Assembly: GCA_045546615.1 (NCBI GenBank)
Contig: JAZQDD010000013.1
Span: 2,879-66,878, forward strand
Direction: 5' to 3'
From: Eubacteriales bacterium
Lineage (GTDB): Bacteria > Bacillota > Clostridia > Oscillospirales > CAG-272
DNA length: 64,000 bases
The stretch's first letter is position 1. Each line of letters starts with the position of its first letter. Position numbers and translations under genes: made by a program. The notes under the pieces are model-generated. The model was not told the origin of the DNA, searched no databases, and saw only the letters and a list, made by a program, of their open reading frames with translations. Below, piece by piece: positions 7,981 through 16,636 of this stretch.

Positions 7981-8808
7981 ATGGATCTTTTAAAGTTAGC
8001 TAAAGAAAAGGGTATACTGCTTGCCGCGCATCGCGGTGCGTGCGGTGGCAACGTTCCCTGCAACTCGCTTGCCGCATTCAAGGCGGCTGTCAATGCGGGC
8101 GCGGATATAGTCGAGCTTGACGTGGAAAGCAGCTCCGATGGTGAGCTGTTCATTCAGCATCCCGGAATGGAAAGGGTGCATTTGCGCCTTGCCGATTCGA
8201 TAAAGAACTATCCTGCCTCGGTGGTCGAGCATTTTATGCTTTCCAACTCTGACCTTGCCCCTACGCAGTACGGTATAATGCGCTTTGCCGATGCACTCGA
8301 GTTTTTGCGTGGCAAATGTATCGTAAACATAGATAAATTCTGGGAACATCCGCGCGAGATAGCCGCAATCGTTCGCAGACTCGGCATGGAGGATCAGGTA
8401 TTCATTAAGACCGCCAATCGTCCTGAATATATCGACGACGTCGAAAGATACGCTCCCGATATTCCGTATCTCACTATTGCCTCAAGCATTGATACAACTC
8501 ACGAGGAGCTGAAAAAGCGTAGCATCAACTATCAGGGCGTCGAGGCGCTTTTCAAGACCGAGGACGATATGACGGCATCGAAGGAGTATATCGATATGCT
8601 CCACGCAGACGGAATGGTAGCTTTTGCTAACGCCATCGTGTTCAATTATAAAACGGTGCTTTCCGCAGGACATACGGACGATATTTCCGTTTCCGAGGAT
8701 CCCGCGCTCGGTTGGGGTTGGCTCGCCGACCGCGGCTTTGACGTGATACAGACCGACTATACGTATCAGTGCAACGATTACCTTATTAAAACGGGAAGAA
8801 GAAAATAA
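7981..8808 (+). CDS. glycerophosphodiester phosphodiesterase family protein
   Basis: ATG 7981 after GGAGG (7970-7974). LLAAHRGACGGNVPCNSLAAFKAAVNAGADIVELDV is the GDPD HR..E.D catalytic signature. Confidence 0.8.
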   Translation: MDLLKLAKEKGILLAAHRGACGGNVPCNSLAAFKAAVNAGADIVELDVESSSDGELFIQHPGMERVHLRLADSIKNYPASVVEHFMLSNSDLAPTQYGIMRFADALEFLRGKCIVNIDKFWEHPREIAAIVRRLGMEDQVFIKTANRPEYIDDVERYAPDIPYLTIASSIDTTHEELKKRSINYQGVEALFKTEDDMTASKEYIDMLHADGMVAFANAIVFNYKTVLSAGHTDDISVSEDPALGWGWLADRGFDVIQTDYTYQCNDYLIKTGRRK

Positions 8809-8810
8809 GA

Positions 8811-8840
8811 AAAGGCTGCAACCGCAGCCTTTTCTTATTT
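8811..8840. terminator. bidirectional terminator between convergent GDPD and zinc-ribbon genes
   Basis: AAAGGCTGC-AACC-GCAGCCTTT stem-loop, followed by TCTTATTTT. Confidence 0.7.
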
Positions 8841-8847
8841 TCTTCCC

Positions 8848-9249
8848 CTATATTTTTACCTCAAACCTCTTGTGACAGCAGGGGCAGTTTACCGTGTGTT
8901 TGCCTCTTTTCTTCGGAAGGCGCAGGTTGTTTTTGCAAGCGGGGCATTTTCGGTAGACGTGCGTTTTTCTGTCGCGGAAACGGTTGCGCATCATTTTGAA
9001 AAAGCCCGTAAATTTACCCCAAATCTTGAGCCAAGTGCGATTTTCTTTTTGTCTTGCGTATATATTTCGTGACATCATTCGGAATATCTCATATCCCATA
9101 AGCACGAAGACAAGAATGGAAATGATGGGTGAACCTATAAAAATATTCAATATGAATAAAGCGAAATAAAACACCATCAGCGCGTTTCCAAGTTGATCCG
9201 CACCGTATCTTCCGATCATAAATCTGTATAAGCGTTCTCTGAATCTCAT
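8848..9249 (-). CDS. zinc-ribbon membrane protein
   Basis: Two N-terminal hydrophobic helices. C-terminal CPACKNNLRLP...VNCPCCHKRF zinc ribbon. Confidence 0.6.
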   Translation of the reverse strand: MRFRERLYRFMIGRYGADQLGNALMVFYFALFILNIFIGSPIISILVFVLMGYEIFRMMSRNIYARQKENRTWLKIWGKFTGFFKMMRNRFRDRKTHVYRKCPACKNNLRLPKKRGKHTVNCPCCHKRFEVKI

Positions 9250-9329
9250 TTTAGCTCATCCTTTAGCACTTTGTTGATATTATTATATACCCAATTTCTT
9301 AACTGAAAATAAACAAATATGGTAAAATT

Positions 9330-9355
9330 TGAAAAAAGGGTGGATGACCACCCTT
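9330..9355 (-). terminator. intrinsic terminator after sugar-phosphate isomerase gene
   Basis: AAGGGTGG-ATGA-CCACCCTT stem-loop. On the minus strand it is followed by TTTTTTC (complement of 9331-9337). Confidence 0.7.
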
Positions 9356-10183
9356 TTATACGTTGAGCTTTGCGAAAATATCTTCAAGCATTTTCTTTGC
9401 GTTGATTATGTCGCGTATCTGCTCCTCGCCTTCTATCTCGCGCTCAATAGTGATCGGCCCGTCATAGCCTATCTCTTTGAGCTTTGCAACAAAAATGGGG
9501 AAGTTGACGCGCCCCTGTCCCATGGGTTTCTCCGCGCCGAGATGGCGTCCGTCGGTGGGATATTCGCCGTCCTTGCCGTGAACGCCTCTGACGTATTTGC
9601 CGAAAACGTCAAGCGCGTCTGTGGGGTTTGCCTTGCCGTACATAAGCAAGTTGGCGGGGTCAATGTTAATACCAAGGGTTCCCGTGCCAACGTCCTCGAT
9701 CGCACGAAGCAGGGTAACGGGCGTTTCCTGACCTGTTTCAAACAGGAAATACTGTCCGCGCTCCTTGAGCTGACGAGCTATGTATTTGAGCGCGGCAACA
9801 AGCTCGTGATATTCGGTAGTATAGCAGTTTTCGGGTATGAAGCCAACGTGTGTGATAACGTCACTTATTCCCATATAGTGCGCGATCCGGGCGCCCTTCA
9901 AAAGCATTTTCATTCTTGCATCGCGGTAATCTCGCGGAACTAAACCGAGGGTGAGCGGGCCGTCGTAGAAATTCCAGCTTGAAAGCCCGTCCCAGCCGCA
10001 CCAGAATGCAGAGGCGCTGACGCCGTATTCTTTCAAGGCGGCGAGCGCCTTATCTGCTATTTCGGTTGTAAGATCCTCGCTGTTCCAGCAACGAAGCTGA
10101 ACGGTAGGGATGCCAAGCTCGGCGGTTTTTTTGATATGCTCGTTAACGTTTTTATCAAAAGTAATGATTATGCCTGTTTTCAT
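9356..10183 (-). CDS. sugar phosphate isomerase/epimerase (xylose-isomerase-like TIM barrel)
   Basis: 275 aa. Pattern of AP-endonuclease-2/xylose-isomerase-like TIM barrel (GIPTVQL..., ITHVGFIP, FLFETGQE, INIDPANL). AGGAG RBS. Confidence 0.7.
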   Translation of the reverse strand: MKTGIIITFDKNVNEHIKKTAELGIPTVQLRCWNSEDLTTEIADKALAALKEYGVSASAFWCGWDGLSSWNFYDGPLTLGLVPRDYRDARMKMLLKGARIAHYMGISDVITHVGFIPENCYTTEYHELVAALKYIARQLKERGQYFLFETGQETPVTLLRAIEDVGTGTLGINIDPANLLMYGKANPTDALDVFGKYVRGVHGKDGEYPTDGRHLGAEKPMGQGRVNFPIFVAKLKEIGYDGPITIEREIEGEEQIRDIINAKKMLEDIFAKLNV

Positions 10184-10201
10184 GGCGTTGCTCCTGATTT
10201 T

Positions 10202-11044
10202 TTATTTAATGCTCCCCGAGTCTATTTTGGATTCAAGCTCACGAACTATCGCGGCAAGCGCGTGCTCGTGTACGGAAACTGTTATTCTGTCCGCAACTGC
10301 TTTTACGGCAGGGATAGCGTTTGATACCGCATAACCGATATCTGCGGCTTCTATCATATCGAGGTCGTTTTCGTAGTCACCTACGCAAACAAGGTGTTTA
10401 GCACCGACGTATTCCTTTGCAAAGAGTGCCGCCTGTCCCTTGGAAAAGGCTTTGTCAACTATTTCAATGCCGTTTATCCAACTGCGGGAGATGTAGTATC
10501 TGTCACCGAGTTGCTCGCGAACAAGCGCGGTGACTCTATCGCTATCCTCATCTGTAACGAGAATTATCATCTTCAGACACTTGTCGGGCATGGAGGACAA
10601 AAAAGCATCTTTGTCGGGTTCGTCTCCGTAAAGGGCGGAGAAGTGGTAGGAATTATTGTCCGCGCCGTAAAAATGACCGCCGACAACACCCTTGTCGGTC
10701 TTGTAAAGATTGTACATATATTCAAACATTTCAGGCGAGTCGATAGTTCCGCGGCGGATCTCCGAAAAATCATCGGGTGAGGCGAGAATAGCGCCGTTTA
10801 CGCTGATGACGGGCGCATTGAGCTTGATTTCGGGGACGGTTTCGCAGATCATTGAAACAAAACGTCCGCTTGCAAATGCAAACCGACCGCCGTTTTCTTG
10901 AAAATAGCGAATAGCGTCTATATTTTCTTTTGATATTTTGGATTTTGGCTTTTCCTCTACCGTTATCGCTTCACTGTATACCGTGCCGTCAAAATCGGAA
11001 TAAAAAAGCCAACCGTCAAATTTTCCTTTGTTATTGTTTTGCAT
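10202..11044 (-). CDS. Cof-type HAD-IIB family hydrolase (sugar phosphatase)
   Basis: Motif I FYSDFDGTV, motif II FAFASGR, motif IV VCVGDYENDLDM. Confidence 0.8.
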   Translation of the reverse strand: MQNNNKGKFDGWLFYSDFDGTVYSEAITVEEKPKSKISKENIDAIRYFQENGGRFAFASGRFVSMICETVPEIKLNAPVISVNGAILASPDDFSEIRRGTIDSPEMFEYMYNLYKTDKGVVGGHFYGADNNSYHFSALYGDEPDKDAFLSSMPDKCLKMIILVTDEDSDRVTALVREQLGDRYYISRSWINGIEIVDKAFSKGQAALFAKEYVGAKHLVCVGDYENDLDMIEAADIGYAVSNAIPAVKAVADRITVSVHEHALAAIVRELESKIDSGSIK

Positions 11045-11057
11045 GTTTCACCTTGTC

Positions 11058-11825
11058 TTATTGGGCAGTTATCATTTGTTTTATCGCGCCTATGGCAACG
11101 CGTATCGCGCGATCTGTGTCGTGACTTTCGTTTTCGTCCGTGTCGAGTCCGAGGTTTGCGCGCTCTTGATTCCATACAACGTGGAACACAGCACCGCAAC
11201 GCACGCCAAGCGTTGCGCCCACGGTAAAGAGAGTGGAAGCCTCCATCTCGCTTGCAAGCACGCCAAGGCGCTTGTATGCTTCCCACTTTGCCAAAAGCTC
11301 GGTCGAAATGGGCATTCTCTCGGGTGAGTGCTGACCGTAGAAAGAGTCCTTGCTTTGAACTACGCCCGCGTGGTAGGAGAATTTTTCATCTCTTGCCGCC
11401 GCGATAAGCGAAAAAAGCACGTCGGGATCGGGGACTGCGGGGAATTCAATCGGAGCGTATTCGCGGCTCGTGCCGTCTTGACGGACAGCTCCCGTTGCAA
11501 TAACCACGTCACCGGAACGCACGAGAGTGGATATGCCGCCGCAAGTGCCTACTCGGATAAACGTGTGAGCGCCGCAGGCCGCAAGCTCCTCTACCGCGAT
11601 GGCTGTCGAAGGGCCTCCGATTCCCGTGGAGCAAACAGTGACCTTTTCGCCGCACAAGAGACCTGTGTGGATGGTGTACTCTCTGTTTGCGGAGATGTGT
11701 CTTGACATATCGAGATAAGCAGATATCTTTGAAACTCTTGCAGGGTCACCCGGCAGTATACAATATCCGCCGATATCTCCCGGCTTGCATTTAAGGTGAT
11801 ACTGTTCGGCATCGGATTTGAGCAT
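11058..11825 (-). CDS. udp: uridine phosphorylase (PNP/UDP-1 family nucleoside phosphorylase)
   Basis: [34 protein letters not shown] and ASEMEAS blocks are typical of Udp. GGAGG RBS. Confidence 0.8.
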   Translation of the reverse strand: MLKSDAEQYHLKCKPGDIGGYCILPGDPARVSKISAYLDMSRHISANREYTIHTGLLCGEKVTVCSTGIGGPSTAIAVEELAACGAHTFIRVGTCGGISTLVRSGDVVIATGAVRQDGTSREYAPIEFPAVPDPDVLFSLIAAARDEKFSYHAGVVQSKDSFYGQHSPERMPISTELLAKWEAYKRLGVLASEMEASTLFTVGATLGVRCGAVFHVVWNQERANLGLDTDENESHDTDRAIRVAIGAIKQMITAQ

Positions 11826-11887
11826 GGCGTACCTCCAAAACTATTATTATATATATTATTACAAAAATTAGAGAAGAAATCAAGTCC

Positions 11888-11921
11888 TTTGCGATAAAAA
11901 AGTGCGGTTTGCGATAAAAAA
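11888..11921. repeat. direct repeat TTTGCGATAAAAAA x2 spaced 20 bp, plus related GCGCATGAAAAA/CGCATAAAAG
   Basis: Copies at 11888-11901 and 11908-11921. Related units at 11929-11950. Located in the divergent udp / citrate synthase intergenic region. Confidence 0.5.
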
Positions 11922-12024
11922 TCATTCGGCGCATGAAAAACGCATAAAAGTATATCAAAACTTGCAATCGACAAGCGGTTTTTTAATTAAATATAGTAAA
12001 ATATGAAAAATATTCAAATATATC

Positions 12025-12053
12025 TTGCAAAATTGCAGAAAAAGTAGTATAAT
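12025..12053 (+). promoter_or_regulatory. promoter of citrate synthase-aconitase-IDH operon
   Basis: TTGCAA 12025-12030, 17 nt, TATAAT 12048-12053. Confidence 0.55.
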
Positions 12054-12095
12054 GATTGTGGTTTGTTATTTATTTCTTTAACGGAGGAAACAAAT

Positions 12096-13463
12096 ATGAT
12101 AGAAATCTCCAAAAAATCTAATTTATTAGAGCAAAAATCGTACAGATACTCGCTTCAGGACGTTAAAGAGCCAAATTTGTACCGCGAGATATATACGTAC
12201 AGTGAAGTTCCGATGGTGCCGTTCAACCACCGCCGCGTGCCGCTTAATATGCCCGAGGAAATATGGATAACCGACACCTCGTTCCGCGACGGTATGCAGT
12301 CACAAGCACCGTATACGGTAAAGCAGATAGTTGACCTTTACAAGATGATGTCGCGCCTCGGCGGTCCAAAGGGAATAATCCGCGCTACCGAGTTCTTCGT
12401 ATACAGCGAGAATGACCGCAAGGCGCTTAACTCCTGCATGGAGCTTGGACTTGAGTTCCCCGAGATAACCACGTGGATAAGAGCAAGTCTTAACGATTTC
12501 AAGCTTGTTAAGGACCTTGGCATCAAGGAGACGGGAATTCTCGTGTCGTGTTCTGACTATCACATATTCAAAAAGCTCGGAATGACGAGAAAGCAGGCAC
12601 TTGACCATTATCTCAAGACGATCTCCGCCGCTCTTGAAATGGGTATTCGTCCGCGTTGTCATTTTGAGGACATCACCCGTGCTGATTTTTACGGTTTTGT
12701 CGTTCCTTTTGTAAACGCTATTCAGGCGCTTTCCAAGGAGGCGGGCATCCCCGTTCGAATCAGAGCTTGCGATACCATGGGATACGGTGTGCCTTACAGC
12801 GAGGTCGCGCTTCCTCGAAGCGTTCCCGGTATCGTATACGGACTCCAGCATTACGCCGACGTTCCGAGTGAACAGCTTGAGTGGCACGGACATAACGATT
12901 TTTACAAAGCAGTCGCTAACGCATCGTGTGCTTGGCTCTACGGCGCGAGCGCTGTCAACACCTCGCTCCTCGGCATAGGCGAGAGAACGGGCAACGTTCC
13001 TCTTGAGGCAATGGTGTTTGAGTACGCTTCACTCAAGGGAACTTTGGACGGAATGGACCCCACTGTTATTACGGAGATCGCTGATTATTTCAAGAACGAG
13101 ATGGGCTACGTTATCCCGCCCATGACTCCCTTTGTAGGCGAGGACTTCAATACCACCCGTGCAGGTATTCACGCGGACGGAATGCTCAAGGACGAGGAGA
13201 TATACAACATCTTCGACACAGGCAAGATACTTGGCAGACCTGCTGGCGTTACGGTCAGCTCAACGTCGGGACTCGCAGGTATCGCATATTGGATAAACGC
13301 ACACTACCGTCTTTCTGATGGTGAGGCTGTTACCAAAAAAGACCCCATCGTTGTATACATTAAGGAATGGGTGGACGAGCAATATGCGTGCGGCAGACAG
13401 ACCGTTATATCCTCTCGTGAGCTTGAAAATTTGATTCAGAAATATAAAAAGGAGCATAACTGA
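12096..13463 (+). CDS. homocitrate/isopropylmalate-synthase-family enzyme, probable Re-citrate synthase
   Basis: ORF trimmed to MIEISKK (ATG 12096, GGAGGAAAC RBS). HMGL-like ITDTSFRDGMQS and EWHGHNDF metal-site motifs. Followed 1 nt later by aconitase, then isocitrate dehydrogenase. Confidence 0.7.
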   Translation: MIEISKKSNLLEQKSYRYSLQDVKEPNLYREIYTYSEVPMVPFNHRRVPLNMPEEIWITDTSFRDGMQSQAPYTVKQIVDLYKMMSRLGGPKGIIRATEFFVYSENDRKALNSCMELGLEFPEITTWIRASLNDFKLVKDLGIKETGILVSCSDYHIFKKLGMTRKQALDHYLKTISAALEMGIRPRCHFEDITRADFYGFVVPFVNAIQALSKEAGIPVRIRACDTMGYGVPYSEVALPRSVPGIVYGLQHYADVPSEQLEWHGHNDFYKAVANASCAWLYGASAVNTSLLGIGERTGNVPLEAMVFEYASLKGTLDGMDPTVITEIADYFKNEMGYVIPPMTPFVGEDFNTTRAGIHADGMLKDEEIYNIFDTGKILGRPAGVTVSSTSGLAGIAYWINAHYRLSDGEAVTKKDPIVVYIKEWVDEQYACGRQTVISSRELENLIQKYKKEHN

Positions 13464-13464
13464 T

Positions 13465-15396
13465 ATGGGACAGACCATTGCACAAAAAATAATCTCCGCG
13501 CATCTTGTCAGCGGAGATATGACACCGGGAAGTGAGATATCACTTCACATTGACCGCACTCTTACGCAGGATGCCACGGGAACTATGGCATACATAGAGT
13601 TTGAGGCTATCGGAATCGACAGGGTAAGAACCGAGCTTTCGGTTGCGTATATTGACCACAACACGCTTCAGTCGGGATTTATGAATGCCGACGACCACCG
13701 CTTTATCCGCACGGCGGCCGCCAAATACGGAATCCGCTATTCGCGCCCCGGTAACGGCATCTGCCACCAGGTAAACCTTGAGCGCTTTGGTGTCCCCGGA
13801 AAGACGCTCATTGGCTCTGACAGCCATACCCCCACTGCCGGCGGTATCGGTATGCTGGCATTTGGCGCGGGCGGGCTTGACGTTGCTGTTGCCATGGGCG
13901 GCGGCGCGTACTCTATGATAATGCCCAAGATGTTCCGTGTCAACCTTACGGGTAAGCTCTCTCCTTGGGTAACTGCCAAGGATGTCAGCCTTGAGATCCT
14001 TCGTATCCTCTCTGTAAAGGGCGGCGTTGGAGCTATCATCGAATGGGGTGGAGAGGGCGTTGCTTCTCTTACCGTTCCTCAACGTGCGACCATCACCAAT
14101 ATGGGTGCGGAGCTTGGCGCGACCACGTCCATCTTCCCGTCCGATGAGGTTACTCGTCAGTTCCTTATAGCGCAGGGCAGAGAGGCGGATTTCACGCCCA
14201 TAAGCGCAGATCCCGATGCGGTTTACGACAGAGTTATCGATATCAACCTGTCTGAGCTTGAGCCTATGGCAGCTTGCCCCCATAGCCCCGACAATATAAA
14301 GAAAATAAGCGAGCTTGCAGGTATGCCCGTAAGTCAGGTGTGCGTTGGTTCTTGTACCAACTCCTCGCTTGCAGATATGCTCGCTGTTGCCGCCGTACTT
14401 CGCGGCAAGACCGTTGCCCCCACCGTCGGTATGTCGGTTTCTCCCGGCTCCAAGCAGGTGCTTGCAATGCTTTCGTCCTGCGGTGCGCTCACCGATATTT
14501 TGAGTGCCAACGCACGTTTGCTTGAATGTGCTTGCGGACCTTGCATCGGCATGGGCTTCTCCCCCGAGAGCGAGGGAGTATCCCTTCGTACCTTCAACCG
14601 TAACTTCGAGGGCAGAAGCGGCACGCGTGACGCAAAGGTATTCCTCGTTTCCCCCGAGGTAGCCGCCGCATCCGCTATTACGGGCGTTATCACCGATCCG
14701 AGAACGCTTGGTGATTATCCCGCCATTACTCTCCCCGAGACCTTTGATATTGATGACAGCGGCATTATTGAGCCTCTCTCCGAAGAGGAGGCAAAGACAG
14801 CCGAGGTTCTCCGCGGTCCTAACATCAAGGGATATCCCGAGACCTATCCGCTGTCTGACAGCATAGATGCAACTCTCACTCTCAAGGTTGGTGATAATAT
14901 CACCACAGACCATATTATGCCTGCGGGAGCGGCTATTCTTCCTTACCGTTCCAATATTCCCAAGATGAGCGAATTCTGCTTCAACGTCTGCGATCCCGCG
15001 TTCCCCGAAAGAGCAAAGGCGGCGGGCAAGAGCATTATTGTCGGCGGCTCGAACTACGGTCAGGGCTCGTCCCGTGAGCATGCTGCACTTGTTCCTCTTT
15101 ACCTCGGCGTACGAGCAGTAGTTGCCAAGAGCTTTGCAAGAATTCACCGCGACAACCTCGTTAACGCGGGAATTCTTCCTCTTACCTTTGCCGACGCCGC
15201 AGATTATGATAAGCTCACCGAGGGCGATGCGATCACTATTGACGGACTTGATGCGGGCATCGTTAGCGGCAAGGTTATCCTCACTGACAAGACCACGGGC
15301 GATAAGATAGAACTTGTATGCGAGCTTTCCGAGCGTCAGCGTGAGATCATGCGCGCGGGCGGTCTGCTTGCTCTCACCGGAAAGAATGTTAAATAA
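13465..15396 (+). CDS. aconitate hydratase
   Basis: 643 aa. Aconitase-family Fe-S ligand regions IGSDSHT, VGSCTNS, CGPCIG. C-terminal swivel domain GSNYGQGSSREHAA. Confidence 0.85.
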   Translation: MGQTIAQKIISAHLVSGDMTPGSEISLHIDRTLTQDATGTMAYIEFEAIGIDRVRTELSVAYIDHNTLQSGFMNADDHRFIRTAAAKYGIRYSRPGNGICHQVNLERFGVPGKTLIGSDSHTPTAGGIGMLAFGAGGLDVAVAMGGGAYSMIMPKMFRVNLTGKLSPWVTAKDVSLEILRILSVKGGVGAIIEWGGEGVASLTVPQRATITNMGAELGATTSIFPSDEVTRQFLIAQGREADFTPISADPDAVYDRVIDINLSELEPMAACPHSPDNIKKISELAGMPVSQVCVGSCTNSSLADMLAVAAVLRGKTVAPTVGMSVSPGSKQVLAMLSSCGALTDILSANARLLECACGPCIGMGFSPESEGVSLRTFNRNFEGRSGTRDAKVFLVSPEVAAASAITGVITDPRTLGDYPAITLPETFDIDDSGIIEPLSEEEAKTAEVLRGPNIKGYPETYPLSDSIDATLTLKVGDNITTDHIMPAGAAILPYRSNIPKMSEFCFNVCDPAFPERAKAAGKSIIVGGSNYGQGSSREHAALVPLYLGVRAVVAKSFARIHRDNLVNAGILPLTFADAADYDKLTEGDAITIDGLDAGIVSGKVILTDKTTGDKIELVCELSERQREIMRAGGLLALTGKNVK

Positions 15397-15413
15397 GAAA
15401 GGAAATACCGAAA

Positions 15414-16583
15414 ATGAATCGTGAAGATTATATAAAAGAAGCGGTTGCGCAGTTTGAAACAATACTGCGCGAACAGTCGGCAAGAGCCGAAAAAATGAAG
15501 AACGCTCCCCCCGCAACCGATTTTGCAAAGCTTGATAAGATCATCATCGGCTGCTGCGGAGGCGATGGAATTGGCCCGATAATTACTGCAGAGGCTCGCC
15601 GTGTGCTGGAGTTCCTTCTCAAGGATGCTATCGCATCGGGCAGAATCGAGCTTCGTGATATCGAGGGACTTACCATTGAAAACAGAATAGCCTGCGGAAA
15701 GGCTATTCCCGATGACGTTCTTGCGGCTCTCAAGGAGTGCAACGTCATCCTCAAGGGCCCGACTACCACTCCCAAGGGTGGCACGGGTGCAAAGGAGCTT
15801 GAAAGCGCAAACGTTGCAATGCGCCGCGAGCTTGACCTTTTTGCTAACATTCGTCCCGTATCAGTTCCCGAGCAGGGAATTGACTGGACCTTCTTCCGCG
15901 AGAATACCGAGGGCGAGTACGTTCTCGGAAGCCGCGGTGTTGAGATCCCCGACGAGCTTTGCTGTGACTTTAAGGTAACTACCGATGCGGGTACAGAGCG
16001 CATCTGCCGCGCCGCTTACGATTTTGCCGTTAAGAACGGAAAGACTCGCGTTGCTTGTGTCACCAAGGCTAATATTATGAAAAAGACCGACGGTAAGTTC
16101 TCCCGCATAGCTCACGCTATCGCGGATGCCGAGTATCCCTCCCTTACCGTTGAGGATTGGTACATCGACATTATGACCGCAAAGCTCGTTGACGAAAGAG
16201 GCCGCGCGGACTTCCAGGTATTCCTGCTTCCCAACCTTTACGGTGACATCATCACCGATGAGGCGGCACAGATCCAAGGCGGCGTAGGTACTGCGGGCAG
16301 CTCCAATGCAGGTTCGCACTATGCAATGTTTGAGGCTATCCACGGCTCTGCTCCCCGTATGATTGAGCGCGGAGACGGCGCGTATGCAAATCCCGCAAGT
16401 ATGCTTCGCGCAACCGAGATGCTTCTCCGTCATATCGGATATATAGCAGAAGCTAACAAGCTCTCTCGTGCGCTTGATATCTGCACTGCTCCCGATGCCG
16501 AGCTTAAGATCACGGGCAGAAGCGACGGCGCATCCTGCTCCGAGTTTGGCAATTGGCTGATGAGTGTTTGCGAAACTATTTAA
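15414..16583 (+). CDS. icd: isocitrate dehydrogenase (isocitrate/isopropylmalate dehydrogenase family)
   Basis: Family motifs LKGPTTTP, NLYGDIITDEAAQIQGGVG, FEAIHGSAP. Last gene of the citrate synthase-aconitase-IDH triad. Confidence 0.8.
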   Translation: MNREDYIKEAVAQFETILREQSARAEKMKNAPPATDFAKLDKIIIGCCGGDGIGPIITAEARRVLEFLLKDAIASGRIELRDIEGLTIENRIACGKAIPDDVLAALKECNVILKGPTTTPKGGTGAKELESANVAMRRELDLFANIRPVSVPEQGIDWTFFRENTEGEYVLGSRGVEIPDELCCDFKVTTDAGTERICRAAYDFAVKNGKTRVACVTKANIMKKTDGKFSRIAHAIADAEYPSLTVEDWYIDIMTAKLVDERGRADFQVFLLPNLYGDIITDEAAQIQGGVGTAGSSNAGSHYAMFEAIHGSAPRMIERGDGAYANPASMLRATEMLLRHIGYIAEANKLSRALDICTAPDAELKITGRSDGASCSEFGNWLMSVCETI

Positions 16584-16586
16584 TTA

Positions 16587-16636
16587 AAACAAACAAACCG
16601 TTGGGCTTTCGCCCAACGGTTTGTTTGTTCTTTTTA
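16587..16636. terminator. long bidirectional terminator between convergent icd and membrane-protein gene
   Basis: AAACAAACAAACCGTTGGGC-TTTC-GCCCAACGGTTTGTTTGTT, followed by CTTTTT. Confidence 0.8.

Noticed and set aside
13540-15528. 662-aa ORF on the minus strand
   Set aside because: It lies entirely antisense to the aconitase gene, which has clear family motifs. Its translation is low-complexity (R/G/A/L-rich) with no recognisable domain. It is a typical shadow ORF of a GC3-biased gene.
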